Part shown: positions 9,877 to 19,232 of the stretch, piece by piece
How the letters are laid out: every line of letters starts with the position of its first letter
How positions within the stretch are numbered: position 1 is the first letter of the stretch
From: Escherichia phage EPIMAM01
Direction: 5' to 3' (one strand)
Sequence record: PQ493298
DNA length: 64,000 nucleotides
The notes under the pieces: generated by a model
Told to the model about the DNA's origin: nothing
What the model saw: only the letters and a program-made list of their open reading frames with translations
The model's database searches: none
Program-made: the position numbers and the translations under genes

Positions 9877-10502
9877 TACAATAGCTCAAAGAATTCTTTG
9901 AGTCCTCTTATTACATGAGCGTGAGTTTTTCCACACTCTGGACACTTAATTGGAACAGCCAAATAAACAGTAGGCTTTAAAAGCATATCTTTTATAGCTA
10001 CAATATCTGACTCTGTGATGATAGAATATAAATCTTCCAATTCTTTTTCATTTAAGTCTTCAACTGGAATGCTTTCACCATTAGCATGAATCGTTTCTAT
10101 GCATGATACTATCATGTGGGCTATATTTTTATCATCAAAAATTTTAGGGTAATGGAACTTAATTTTAATGTCACCCAGTGTATACCAGAGGTCTTCTGGT
10201 GCATCTATTTGTGTATGTAATAGATTTATATGGGTTGGTATTTCAGTTCCACAGGTGCACTTCCAGGAGTTTTCATGATTAACTTCTCCAAGAGAATGCG
10301 CCCATAAATGAATCAGCAGTAGTTCTGATTCTTGACGGTTTAAATCTTTTGCATTTGTGCATTCTTTGATTAGCTTTTTAACGATCTCTTCTACTGAACC
10401 GTTCTTTTTAGCAGTAATAAGCTCTAGATATTCTTTAAGAGTAAATGCGCGACAGTTGATTATTTTAGAACCAACTCTCACATCAAATTTGTATTCATAC
10501 AT
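9876..10502 (-). CDS. 26: baseplate hub subunit gp26
   Basis: 208 aa as in T4; Cys/His-rich C-terminus; synteny. Confidence 0.85.
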   Translation of the reverse strand: MYEYKFDVRVGSKIINCRAFTLKEYLELITAKKNGSVEEIVKKLIKECTNAKDLNRQESELLLIHLWAHSLGEVNHENSWKCTCGTEIPTHINLLHTQIDAPEDLWYTLGDIKIKFHYPKIFDDKNIAHMIVSCIETIHANGESIPVEDLNEKELEDLYSIITESDIVAIKDMLLKPTVYLAVPIKCPECGKTHAHVIRGLKEFFELL

Positions 10503-10527
10503 ATTTAGCTCCTTTATTTATCATATT

Positions 10528-10535
10528 TATAAATA
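10528..10535 (+). promoter_or_regulatory. T4 late promoter TATAAATA for gene 51 operon
   Basis: exact TATAAATA 18 nt upstream of AAGGAG SD and gp51 ATG. Confidence 0.65.
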
Positions 10536-10552
10536 GAATAAAAGGAGCATCT

Positions 10553-11305
10553 ATGGCAAACATTATTCGTTGTAAATTACCAGATGGTGTTCATCGTTTT
10601 AAACCATTTACGGTAGAAGATTATCGAGATTTTTTGTTAGTTCGAAACGATATAGAACATCGGTCACCACAAGAACAAAAAGAAATAATTGCTGATTTAA
10701 TTGCCGATTATTTTGGAGACTATCCGAAGACTTGGCAACCATTTATATTTTTGCAGGTATTTGTAGGGTCAATAGGTAAAACTAAAGTACCGGTCACATT
10801 TGTATGTCCAAAATGCAAAAAAGAAAAGACAGTTCCATTTGAAATATATCAAAAAGAATTAAAGGAACCTGTTTTTGATGTAGCTAATGTTAAAATTAAA
10901 TTAAAGTTTCCTTCTGAGTTTTATGAAAATAAAGCAAAGATGATTACTGAAAATATTCATTCCGTTCAAGTAGATGAAATGTGGTATGATTGGAAGGAAA
11001 TTAGCGAATCGAGTCAAATAGAACTTGTTGATGCCATCGAGATAGAAACATTAGAAAAAATTCTCGATGCAATGAATCCTATTAATTTAACACTGCATAT
11101 GTCGTGTTGTAATAAGTATGTAAAAAAATACACTGATATAGTAGATGTGTTTAAGCTATTAGTTAATCCAGATGAGATATTTACTTTTTATCAAATTAAT
11201 CACACACTTGTAAAAAGTAATTATAGCTTAAATTCAATAATGAAAATGATTCCTGCTGAGCGCGGATTCGTATTAAAACTGATTGAGAAGGATAAACAAC
11301 AATGA
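10553..11305 (+). CDS. 51: baseplate hub assembly catalyst gp51
   Basis: 250 aa; divergent from gene 26 as in T4. Confidence 0.85.
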   Translation: MANIIRCKLPDGVHRFKPFTVEDYRDFLLVRNDIEHRSPQEQKEIIADLIADYFGDYPKTWQPFIFLQVFVGSIGKTKVPVTFVCPKCKKEKTVPFEIYQKELKEPVFDVANVKIKLKFPSEFYENKAKMITENIHSVQVDEMWYDWKEISESSQIELVDAIEIETLEKILDAMNPINLTLHMSCCNKYVKKYTDIVDVFKLLVNPDEIFTFYQINHTLVKSNYSLNSIMKMIPAERGFVLKLIEKDKQQ

Positions 11306-12477
11306 GTATGTTGCAACGCCCCGGATATCCAAATCTCAGCGTTAAATTATTTGAGAGTTATGACGCTTGGAGTAATAATAGATTTGTTGAATTAGCTGCT
11401 ACTATTACCACATTAACTATGCGGGATTCTCTTTATGGTCGAAATGAAGGAATGCTGCAGTTTTATGATTCTAAAAACATCCATACAAAAATGGATGGAA
11501 ATGAAATAATTCAGATTTCTGTAGCTAATGCAAACGATATTAATAATGTTAAAACACGAATTTATGGATGTAAGCACTTTTCCGTATCGGTAGATTCAAA
11601 GGGTGATAACATCATTGCTATTGAATTGGGAACTATTCATTCTATAGAAAATCTTAAATTTGGCAGACCGTTTTTCTCTGATGCAGGCGAATCTATAAAG
11701 GAAATGCTTGGTGTCATTTATCAGGATCGCACATTATTAACTCCAGCAATAAATGCTATAAATGCTTATGTTCCTGATATTCCATGGACTAGCACATTTG
11801 AAAACTATTTGTCGTATGTCAGAGAAGTTGCTCTAGCTGTAGGAAGTGACAAATTTGTATTTGTATGGCAAGACATCATGGGAGTTAACATGATGGACTA
11901 TGATATGATGATAAATCAAGAACCATATCCAATGATTGTCGGTGAGCCATCTTTAATAGGTCAATTCATCCAAGAATTAAAATATCCATTAGCATATGAT
12001 TTCGTTTGGTTGACTAAATCGAATCCTCATAAACGCGACCCAATGAAAAATGCTACTATTTATACTCATTCATTTTTAGATTCTTCATTGCCAATGATTA
12101 CTACAGGAAAGGGCGAAAACTCTATTGTAGTGTCAAGGTCAGGTGCTTATTCTGAAATGACTTATAGGAATGGGTATGAAGAAGCTATTCGTCTTCAAAC
12201 TATGGCGCAATACGATGGCTATGCTAAATGTTCTACTGTCGGTAATTTTAACTTGACTCCTGGCGTTAAAATTATTTTTAATGATAGTAAAAACCAATTT
12301 AAAACAGAATTTTACGTTGATGAAGTTATCCATGAATTATCCAATAATAATTCAGTAACTCATCTATATATGTTCACTAATGCAACGAAACTGGAAACAA
12401 TAGACCCAGTTAAGGTTAAAAATGAATTTAAATCTGATACTACCACTGAAGAAAGTAGTTCTTCCAATAAACAATAA
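11302..12477 (+). CDS. 27: baseplate hub subunit gp27
   Basis: 391 aa, T4 gp27 length; ATGA overlap with gene 51. Confidence 0.9.
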   Translation: MSMLQRPGYPNLSVKLFESYDAWSNNRFVELAATITTLTMRDSLYGRNEGMLQFYDSKNIHTKMDGNEIIQISVANANDINNVKTRIYGCKHFSVSVDSKGDNIIAIELGTIHSIENLKFGRPFFSDAGESIKEMLGVIYQDRTLLTPAINAINAYVPDIPWTSTFENYLSYVREVALAVGSDKFVFVWQDIMGVNMMDYDMMINQEPYPMIVGEPSLIGQFIQELKYPLAYDFVWLTKSNPHKRDPMKNATIYTHSFLDSSLPMITTGKGENSIVVSRSGAYSEMTYRNGYEEAIRLQTMAQYDGYAKCSTVGNFNLTPGVKIIFNDSKNQFKTEFYVDEVIHELSNNNSVTHLYMFTNATKLETIDPVKVKNEFKSDTTTEESSSSNKQ

Positions 12478-12955
12478 AGAAGTTTCTATTCCTAAAATGG
12501 GTCTTAAACATTATAACATTTTAAAAGATGTTAAAGGTCCTGATGAAAATTTAAAACTTCTTATTGATTCTATTTGTCCGAATTTATCACCAGCAGAAGT
12601 TGATTTCGTTTCCATTCATTTATTGGAATTTAATGGAAAGATTAAATCCCGTAAAGAAATAGATGGTTATACTTATGACATTAATGATGTTTATGTGTGC
12701 CAAAGATTAGAATTTCAATACCAAGGAAATACATTTTATTTTAGACCTCCTGGAAAATTTGAGCAATTTTTGACAGTAAGCGATATGTTATCTAAATGCT
12801 TGCTTAAGGTCAATGATGAAGTTAAAGAAATTAATTTTCTTGAGATGCCAGCATTTGTATTAAAATGGGCAAATGATATTTCTACAACTTTAGCAATTCC
12901 TGGCCCTAATGGTCCAATAACTGGAATTGGTAATATTATTGGATTATTTGAATGA
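12422..12955 (+). CDS. 28: baseplate hub distal subunit gp28
   Basis: 177 aa, T4 gp28 length; overlaps gene 27 3' end. Confidence 0.85.
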   Translation: MNLNLILPLKKVVLPINNKEVSIPKMGLKHYNILKDVKGPDENLKLLIDSICPNLSPAEVDFVSIHLLEFNGKIKSRKEIDGYTYDINDVYVCQRLEFQYQGNTFYFRPPGKFEQFLTVSDMLSKCLLKVNDEVKEINFLEMPAFVLKWANDISTTLAIPGPNGPITGIGNIIGLFE

Positions 12956-14724
12956 AAAAGCCACAAGAAATGCAAACGATGCGTAGAAAAGTTATTTCAG
13001 ATAATAAACCAGTTCAGGAAGCGGCTAAATCCGCTTCTAATACTTTATCTGGACTTAACGATATATCTACGAAATTGGATGATGCTCAAGCTGCTTCTGA
13101 ATTAATTGCTCAAACTGTCGAAGAAAAATCGAATGAAATAATTGGAGCAATTGACAATGTAGAAAGCGCAGTGAGTGATACTACTGCTGGTTCTGAGTTA
13201 ATTGCTGAAACTGTTGAAATTGGCAATAATATTAATAAAGAAATCGGCGAATCGCTCGGGAGCAAATTAGATAAATTAACAAGTTTACTAGAGCAAAAAA
13301 TTCAGACAGCTGGAATTCAACAGACTGGAACTAGTTTAGCCACGGTTGAAAGCGCTATTCCTGTTAAAGTTGTTGAGGACGATACAGCTGAATCTGTTGG
13401 TCCTTTATTACCGGCTCCTGAAGCGGTTAATAATGATCCTGATGCTGATTTTTTCCCTACCCCTCAGCCAGTTGAACCTAAACAAGAATCGCCAGAAGAA
13501 AAACAGAAAAAAGAAGCATTTAATTTAAAATTATCTCAAGCTTTAGATAAATTAACAAAGACTGTTGATTTTGGATTTAAAAAATCCATTTCAATTACTG
13601 ATAAAATATCAAGTATGCTATTTAAGTATACTGTCAGTGCTGCTATTGAAGCTGCTAAAATGGTTGCATTAATAATGGCTGTTGTTATTGGAATAGACCT
13701 ACTGATGGTTCATTTTAAATATTGGTCAGATAAATTTTCAAAAGCCTGGGATTTGTTTAGCACTGATTTTAAAACTTTTTCAAGCGAAACCGGAACTTGG
13801 GGTCCTTTATTACAGAGCATCTTTGAATCTATTGATGAAATTAAAAAGTTCTGGGAAGCTGGAGACTGGGGTGGATTGACAGTAGCTATTGTGGAAGGAC
13901 TTGGAAGTGTTCTTTATAATTTAGGAGAACTTATTCAACTTGGAATGGCTAAATTATCAGCAGCAATTCTTCGAGTTATTCCTGGTATGAAGGATACCGC
14001 TGATGAAGTAGAAGGAAGAGCATTAGAAAATTTCCAAAATTCTACTGGAGCATCTCTCAATAAAGAAGACCAAGAAAAAGTAGCAAATTATCAAGATAAA
14101 CGAATGAATGACGATCTTGGTCCAATAGCAAAAGGATTAGATAAAATTGCTAATTGGAAAACCCGTGCATCTAACTGGATTCGTGGTGTTGATAATAAAG
14201 AAGCATTGACAACCGATGAAGAACGCGCAGCAGAAGAAGAAAAATTAAAGCAACTTTCACCAGAAGAAAGAAAAAACGCTTTAATGAAGGCTAATGAAGC
14301 TCGTGCTGCGATGATTCGTTTTGAAAAATATGCCGATTCAGCTGATATGAGTAAAGACTCAACAGTTAAATCAATTGAAGCCGCTCATGAAGACCTTAAA
14401 AAACGGATGAATGACCCGGATTTAAATAATTCACCTGCAGTTAAAAAGGAGCTTGCTTCTAGATTTGCTAAAATTGATGCTACTTATCAAGAGCTTAAGA
14501 AAAATCAACCTGAGGCCAAACCTGAAACTTCTGCTAAATCGCCAGAAGCAAAACAAGTCCAGGTAATAGAAAAGAACAAAGCGCAACAAGCTCCTGTTCA
14601 ACAAGCATCTCCTTCAATCAATAATACTAATAATGTTATTAAGAAAAATACTGTCGTTCATAATATGACACCCGTAACGAGCACAACTGCTCCTGGTGTA
14701 TTTGGCGCGACTGGAGTTAATTAA
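12952..14724 (+). CDS. 29: tail tube tape-measure / baseplate hub protein gp29
   Basis: 590 aa, T4 gp29 length; low-complexity, helical, Ala/Glu/Lys-rich. Confidence 0.9.
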   Translation: MKKPQEMQTMRRKVISDNKPVQEAAKSASNTLSGLNDISTKLDDAQAASELIAQTVEEKSNEIIGAIDNVESAVSDTTAGSELIAETVEIGNNINKEIGESLGSKLDKLTSLLEQKIQTAGIQQTGTSLATVESAIPVKVVEDDTAESVGPLLPAPEAVNNDPDADFFPTPQPVEPKQESPEEKQKKEAFNLKLSQALDKLTKTVDFGFKKSISITDKISSMLFKYTVSAAIEAAKMVALIMAVVIGIDLLMVHFKYWSDKFSKAWDLFSTDFKTFSSETGTWGPLLQSIFESIDEIKKFWEAGDWGGLTVAIVEGLGSVLYNLGELIQLGMAKLSAAILRVIPGMKDTADEVEGRALENFQNSTGASLNKEDQEKVANYQDKRMNDDLGPIAKGLDKIANWKTRASNWIRGVDNKEALTTDEERAAEEEKLKQLSPEERKNALMKANEARAAMIRFEKYADSADMSKDSTVKSIEAAHEDLKKRMNDPDLNNSPAVKKELASRFAKIDATYQELKKNQPEAKPETSAKSPEAKQVQVIEKNKAQQAPVQQASPSINNTNNVIKKNTVVHNMTPVTSTTAPGVFGATGVN

Positions 14725-14732
14725 GGAATAAT

Positions 14733-15827
14733 ATGGCAATTGTTAAAGAAATAACTGCTGATTTAATCAAAAAGTCCGGTGAGAAAATTTCAGCCGGACA
14801 GAGTACTAAATCAGAAGTAGGAACTAAAACATACACAGCCCAGTTTCCAACTGGGCGTGCTAGTGGGAATGACACTACAGGGGACTTCCAGGTAACAGAT
14901 CTATATAAGAATGGATTATTATTTACTGCATACAATATGTCATCTAGGGATTCTGGAAGTCTCAGAACGATGAGATCTAACTACTCTTCTTCATCTTCTA
15001 GTATTTTACGTACAGCCAGAAACACTATCAGTAATACAGTATCAAAGCTGTCAAATGGATTAATATCAGATAATAATTCAGGAACAATAAGTAAAGTTCC
15101 TGTTGCAAATATTCTTTTACCGAGATCTAAATCCGATGTTGATACATCATCACATAGATTTAACGATGTTCAAGATAGTCTTATTACAAAAGGTGGAGGT
15201 ACTGCTACTGGCGTGTTAAGCAATATGGCTTCAACTGCAGTATTTGGAGCACTGGAAAGTATAACACAAGGTATAATGGCTGATAATAATGAACAGATTT
15301 ATACGACAGCCAGAAGTATGTATGGTGGTGCCGAGAATAGAACTAAAGTGTTCACTTGGGATTTGACTCCGCGTTCCACAGAAGATTTAATGGCTATTAT
15401 TAATATCTATCAATATTTTAACTATTTTTCTTATGGTGAAACGGGTAAATCTCAATATGCTGCTGAAATAAAAGGATATCTAGATGAGTGGTATCGCTCT
15501 ACTTTTATTGAGCCATTAACTCCAGAAGATGCAGTTAAAAATAAGACGTTATTTGAGAAAATGACATCGAGTTTAACTAACGTTCTTGTAGTTTCAAACC
15601 CGACAATTTGGATGGTTAAAAACTTTGGCGCAACTTCTAAATTTGACGGAAAAACAGAAGTGTTTGGACCGTGTCAAATTCAAAGTATTAGATTTGATAA
15701 AACTCCGAATGGTAATTTTAACGGATTAGCTATTGCTCCAAACCTCCCTAGTACATTTACTCTTGAGATTACTATGAGAGAAATTATCACGTTAAATCGT
15801 GCTTCTTTATATGCGGGGACCTTTTAA
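14733..15827 (+). CDS. 48: baseplate tail-tube junction protein gp48
   Basis: 364 aa, T4 gp48 length; synteny. Confidence 0.9.
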   Translation: MAIVKEITADLIKKSGEKISAGQSTKSEVGTKTYTAQFPTGRASGNDTTGDFQVTDLYKNGLLFTAYNMSSRDSGSLRTMRSNYSSSSSSILRTARNTISNTVSKLSNGLISDNNSGTISKVPVANILLPRSKSDVDTSSHRFNDVQDSLITKGGGTATGVLSNMASTAVFGALESITQGIMADNNEQIYTTARSMYGGAENRTKVFTWDLTPRSTEDLMAIINIYQYFNYFSYGETGKSQYAAEIKGYLDEWYRSTFIEPLTPEDAVKNKTLFEKMTSSLTNVLVVSNPTIWMVKNFGATSKFDGKTEVFGPCQIQSIRFDKTPNGNFNGLAIAPNLPSTFTLEITMREIITLNRASLYAGTF

Positions 15828-16792
15828 TGTATTCTTTAGAGGAATTTAATAATCAAGCAATAAACGCAGATTTCCAACGTAATAATATGTTTAGCTGCGT
15901 TTTTGCGACAACTCCATCAACTAAAAGCTCTTCGTTGATAAGTTCAATTAGCAACTTTTCTTATAATAATTTGGGTCTAAATTCAGACTGGTTAGGATTG
16001 TCTCAAGGCGATATTAATCAGGGAATTACCACGCTAATTACTGCTGGCACACAAAAACTGATAAGAAAATCAGGGGTTAGTAAATATCTTATTGGTGCCA
16101 TGAGTCAACGTACAGTTCAAAGTTTATTGGGCTCATTTACAGTTGGTACATATTTAATTGACTTCTTTAACATGGCATATAACTCATCTGGGTTGATGAT
16201 ATATTCTGTAAAAATGCCAGAGAATAGATTATCCTATGAAACTGACTGGAACTATAATTCTCCTAATATTCGTATAACTGGGAGAGAATTAGACCCTTTG
16301 GTTATTTCATTTAGAATGGATTCAGAAGCTTGTAACTATCGTGCAATGCAAGACTGGGTTAACGCTGTTCAAGACCCAGTAACTGGACTGCGTGCTTTGC
16401 CACAAGATGTCGAGGCAGATATTCAGGTTAATCTTCATGCTCGTAATGGATTACCTCATACTGCGGTGATGTTCACCGGATGCATTCCAGTGTCAGTGAG
16501 CGCTCCTGAGTTATCATATGATGGAGATAACCAAATAACTACATTTGATGTTACTTTTGCATATAGAGTCATGCAGGCTGGAGCAGTTGATAGACAAGCT
16601 GCCCTTGAATGGCTTGAATCTGCTGCTATAAACGGTATTCAAAGCGTTCTCGGAAATAGTGGAGGTGTCACTGGATTATCTAATTCGCTTTCACGACTTA
16701 GTAGATTAGGGGGAACTGCTGGAAGCATTTCAAACATTAATACTATGACGGGAATTGTCAACTCGCAAAGTAAAATATTAGGAGCAATATAA
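15827..16792 (+). CDS. 54: baseplate tail-tube initiator gp54
   Basis: 321 aa; TAATG coupling to gene 48; synteny. Confidence 0.9.
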   Translation: MYSLEEFNNQAINADFQRNNMFSCVFATTPSTKSSSLISSISNFSYNNLGLNSDWLGLSQGDINQGITTLITAGTQKLIRKSGVSKYLIGAMSQRTVQSLLGSFTVGTYLIDFFNMAYNSSGLMIYSVKMPENRLSYETDWNYNSPNIRITGRELDPLVISFRMDSEACNYRAMQDWVNAVQDPVTGLRALPQDVEADIQVNLHARNGLPHTAVMFTGCIPVSVSAPELSYDGDNQITTFDVTFAYRVMQAGAVDRQAALEWLESAAINGIQSVLGNSGGVTGLSNSLSRLSRLGGTAGSISNINTMTGIVNSQSKILGAI

Positions 16793-16796
16793 CAAT

Positions 16797-16814
16797 GGGG
16801 ACCTTTTGGTCCCC
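16797..16814. terminator. terminator hairpin after gene 54
   Basis: GGGGACC-TTTT-GGTCCCC followed by ATATTTTTATTT; between convergent genes 54 and alt.-3. Confidence 0.7.
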
Positions 16815-16820
16815 ATATTT

Positions 16821-17111
16821 TTATTTACGGAATGAAATAAAAGCAGCAACTGAAGCAACTAAACTGTCTTCAATATAAACTTCAATTTTTACCGGAGCTT
16901 CTGACTCAAATTTACCTGTTACTACACCTTGGAAAATGCTTTCAGTCTGTTCTGGCTTTGAAAAATTTTCAGAAGGAAAAATTCCGAACTTTTTATCTGT
17001 TCCAAAAATTTTGATAAATTCATCATAAACTGCTTCATTAAAAGCGTTATCAGCAGGAATAACGCCTTCAACTACAAGTTCTTGACCTAAAAAGCGTAAA
17101 GAAGATTTCAT
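16821..17111 (-). CDS. hypothetical protein (T4 alt.-3 position)
   Basis: 96 aa ORF preceded by early promoter and SD. Confidence 0.5.
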   Translation of the reverse strand: MKSSLRFLGQELVVEGVIPADNAFNEAVYDEFIKIFGTDKKFGIFPSENFSKPEQTESIFQGVVTGKFESEAPVKIEVYIEDSLVASVAAFISFRK

Positions 17112-17139
17112 TTTGTGTTCCTCATGTTATGTCAGTAAG

Positions 17140-17171
17140 ATTATTATAACACAGCACGAGGGACTTGTAAA
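17140..17171 (-). promoter_or_regulatory. T4 early-type promoter (GTTTAC -35, TATAAT-like -10) upstream of alt.-3
   Basis: minus-strand GTTTACAAGTCCCTCGTGCTGTGTTATAAT; near-identical cassette recurs upstream of alc. Confidence 0.6.
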
Positions 17172-19229
17172 CTACATCTTGAACTTTTTAGACATTCCGT
17201 TGATGTTAACCAAAGAAGCCAAGATTTGAGAAACTTCGTTTTCCTCTTCTTTTGATTCTTCTACAAGGAATTGATTAAACCCAGCCATTGGACGAACTTC
17301 ACCAGTTTCCATTAGATGATCGCCATCATATACCGATTCTTCTAATTGTTCAGAAGGAGGAACGATTGTGCCTTCAATTAGATACTTGTTATAAGCAGTT
17401 TCTTTCATCATGTACGTGCTCACTTTATTAATCTTCAGCAAAATTCCACGCGGTAGAATAACTTCAGCTTCTGATGGAAATCCTGATAAATGACCTGGAA
17501 CGATAACTTTGATTCGCTCAGCCCCTTTAATTACCATACCTACGCTAGCTTCAGCATCTTCATTAGCATATGCAGAATGACTACCCATATGCATTAAATC
17601 TTCAGCATCAACAGAACCTTCTCCTTCACCAGAAAATACTGCGCCGGAATCATCTAGAGCCATATAGTTTTTACCATGCTCACCGAAGATATTTGGTTTA
17701 AGCGATGTTGATACGAAGTTCTTGAAATAGAACATTTTATTTTCAATATTATGGCGTAAAGTTTTAAAAGTAACTTCTTGACCACGATAAAGCGTAGTTC
17801 CCGGAGGAAGAACTGATCCTTTGGCGAATGCAGAATCCATTGTCTCGATGTGTTTAATAGCTCGTTCCATGTATTCTTCACGGGTAGAATCCGGTTTACC
17901 TAAAAGGAACGAGTTCATTTCAACATATGAATCTGCACAATAATCTTCAATTACATCAGACTCAGCCTGAGTTAATCCTTTTGGAGTTACTTCGGTGCTT
18001 GCGTATTCATATGCCTGAGCAGCAGATTCATTAATCAATTTATAAATGCCATTCATGACAAATTGAATAATAGCTACCTTTTCGTCTGGTGCGGCTTTAG
18101 AACCTTTAACTAAATCATTGATAATTTTCTTAATAACATCAAAGCTATTAGAAATATTAATGTCAGCGAGATCGCTCAAAATTTTATCGGTTTTATAATC
18201 AAAGAATTCTTTATTCTTTAAATATTCTTGAGAACCTTGATGTGTTATATCGCTCTGCAGTCTGATAGACGGATCACGTAAACGTGCATGGGCCAATGCA
18301 ATATGATTTCGGAAGCTTTCTAGTTCATAATCGTTAGATTTAAAACGAGAAGCACTTCTCATACCACCGATAGCTCCTTTGCCGAAGTTTGAACCAATCT
18401 GAATAACGCCAGAGTTCATTGGTCCTTCTGCTTTATATACCGGAACTTTAGATTCAAACTCTTGATATTTCTTAGCGGCGAAGCTATCACCCTGAAGTGA
18501 AGCATCGACAGTAGAATATTGAGCTTGTGCTGCTAATCGACGACTAATTTTAGTTTTCTGAATAACAGCTTGATCCGTGCGCTTATCATTTTCTAAAGCA
18601 ATAGAAGCAGCTACAGCAACAGCTTTAGGAACAGCATTACCTGTTTTAACATCTACATAAACATCACCAACCTTTGATTCAACTTTTGTGAATAACTCAG
18701 TTGAAATAGGAGGTACACCTGGAATGTCTTCTAAATTGGCATTTTTACGGTAAACCATAATATATGCATACTTTTTATCGTAATCCCAGATTTCCTTTAA
18801 AAGAACATATCGACCTGCTCCTTTAGTACGTACTAAACGGTCAGCAATAACTTGCATTTGACGAGCTGCGCCATTTGTTTTACTTTTTAGTACGCGGAAT
18901 AGGCATGCATCAATTTTATACTGTTTCATTGTTTGAAGAGCAGTATCAAAAACAGCATTAATGACACCAATTGGATTTCCACCCAAGTTTTTAAGTTTAA
19001 CTAATGATAGTTTCTCATTAACACCTATCATTACGATATGCATCATTTTATCACCTGGCTTAACGTTTTTATTTGTATCACCGCCAGAGGTGTATGTACA
19101 AAATCTAAATCCAGGAAGCACGCTTTCTTCACCGGCTTGAATAGCAAAAATTTGAGGTATTTTATGCTTAGGATTTAAGTTAACAACCGGCGCCGAAGCG
19201 CCGTCAAATAATTCTGTAATAAGTTCCAT
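17172..19229 (-). CDS. Alt-like ADP-ribosyltransferase paralog (second copy)
   Basis: 685 aa; N-terminal about 220 aa highly similar to adjacent alt; C-terminal ART-type R...STS...ExE signature (YRGQ, FVSTS, SEAEVILPRG). Confidence 0.8.
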   Translation of the reverse strand: MELITELFDGASAPVVNLNPKHKIPQIFAIQAGEESVLPGFRFCTYTSGGDTNKNVKPGDKMMHIVMIGVNEKLSLVKLKNLGGNPIGVINAVFDTALQTMKQYKIDACLFRVLKSKTNGAARQMQVIADRLVRTKGAGRYVLLKEIWDYDKKYAYIMVYRKNANLEDIPGVPPISTELFTKVESKVGDVYVDVKTGNAVPKAVAVAASIALENDKRTDQAVIQKTKISRRLAAQAQYSTVDASLQGDSFAAKKYQEFESKVPVYKAEGPMNSGVIQIGSNFGKGAIGGMRSASRFKSNDYELESFRNHIALAHARLRDPSIRLQSDITHQGSQEYLKNKEFFDYKTDKILSDLADINISNSFDVIKKIINDLVKGSKAAPDEKVAIIQFVMNGIYKLINESAAQAYEYASTEVTPKGLTQAESDVIEDYCADSYVEMNSFLLGKPDSTREEYMERAIKHIETMDSAFAKGSVLPPGTTLYRGQEVTFKTLRHNIENKMFYFKNFVSTSLKPNIFGEHGKNYMALDDSGAVFSGEGEGSVDAEDLMHMGSHSAYANEDAEASVGMVIKGAERIKVIVPGHLSGFPSEAEVILPRGILLKINKVSTYMMKETAYNKYLIEGTIVPPSEQLEESVYDGDHLMETGEVRPMAGFNQFLVEESKEEENEVSQILASLVNINGMSKKFKM

Positions 19230-19232
19230 GAT

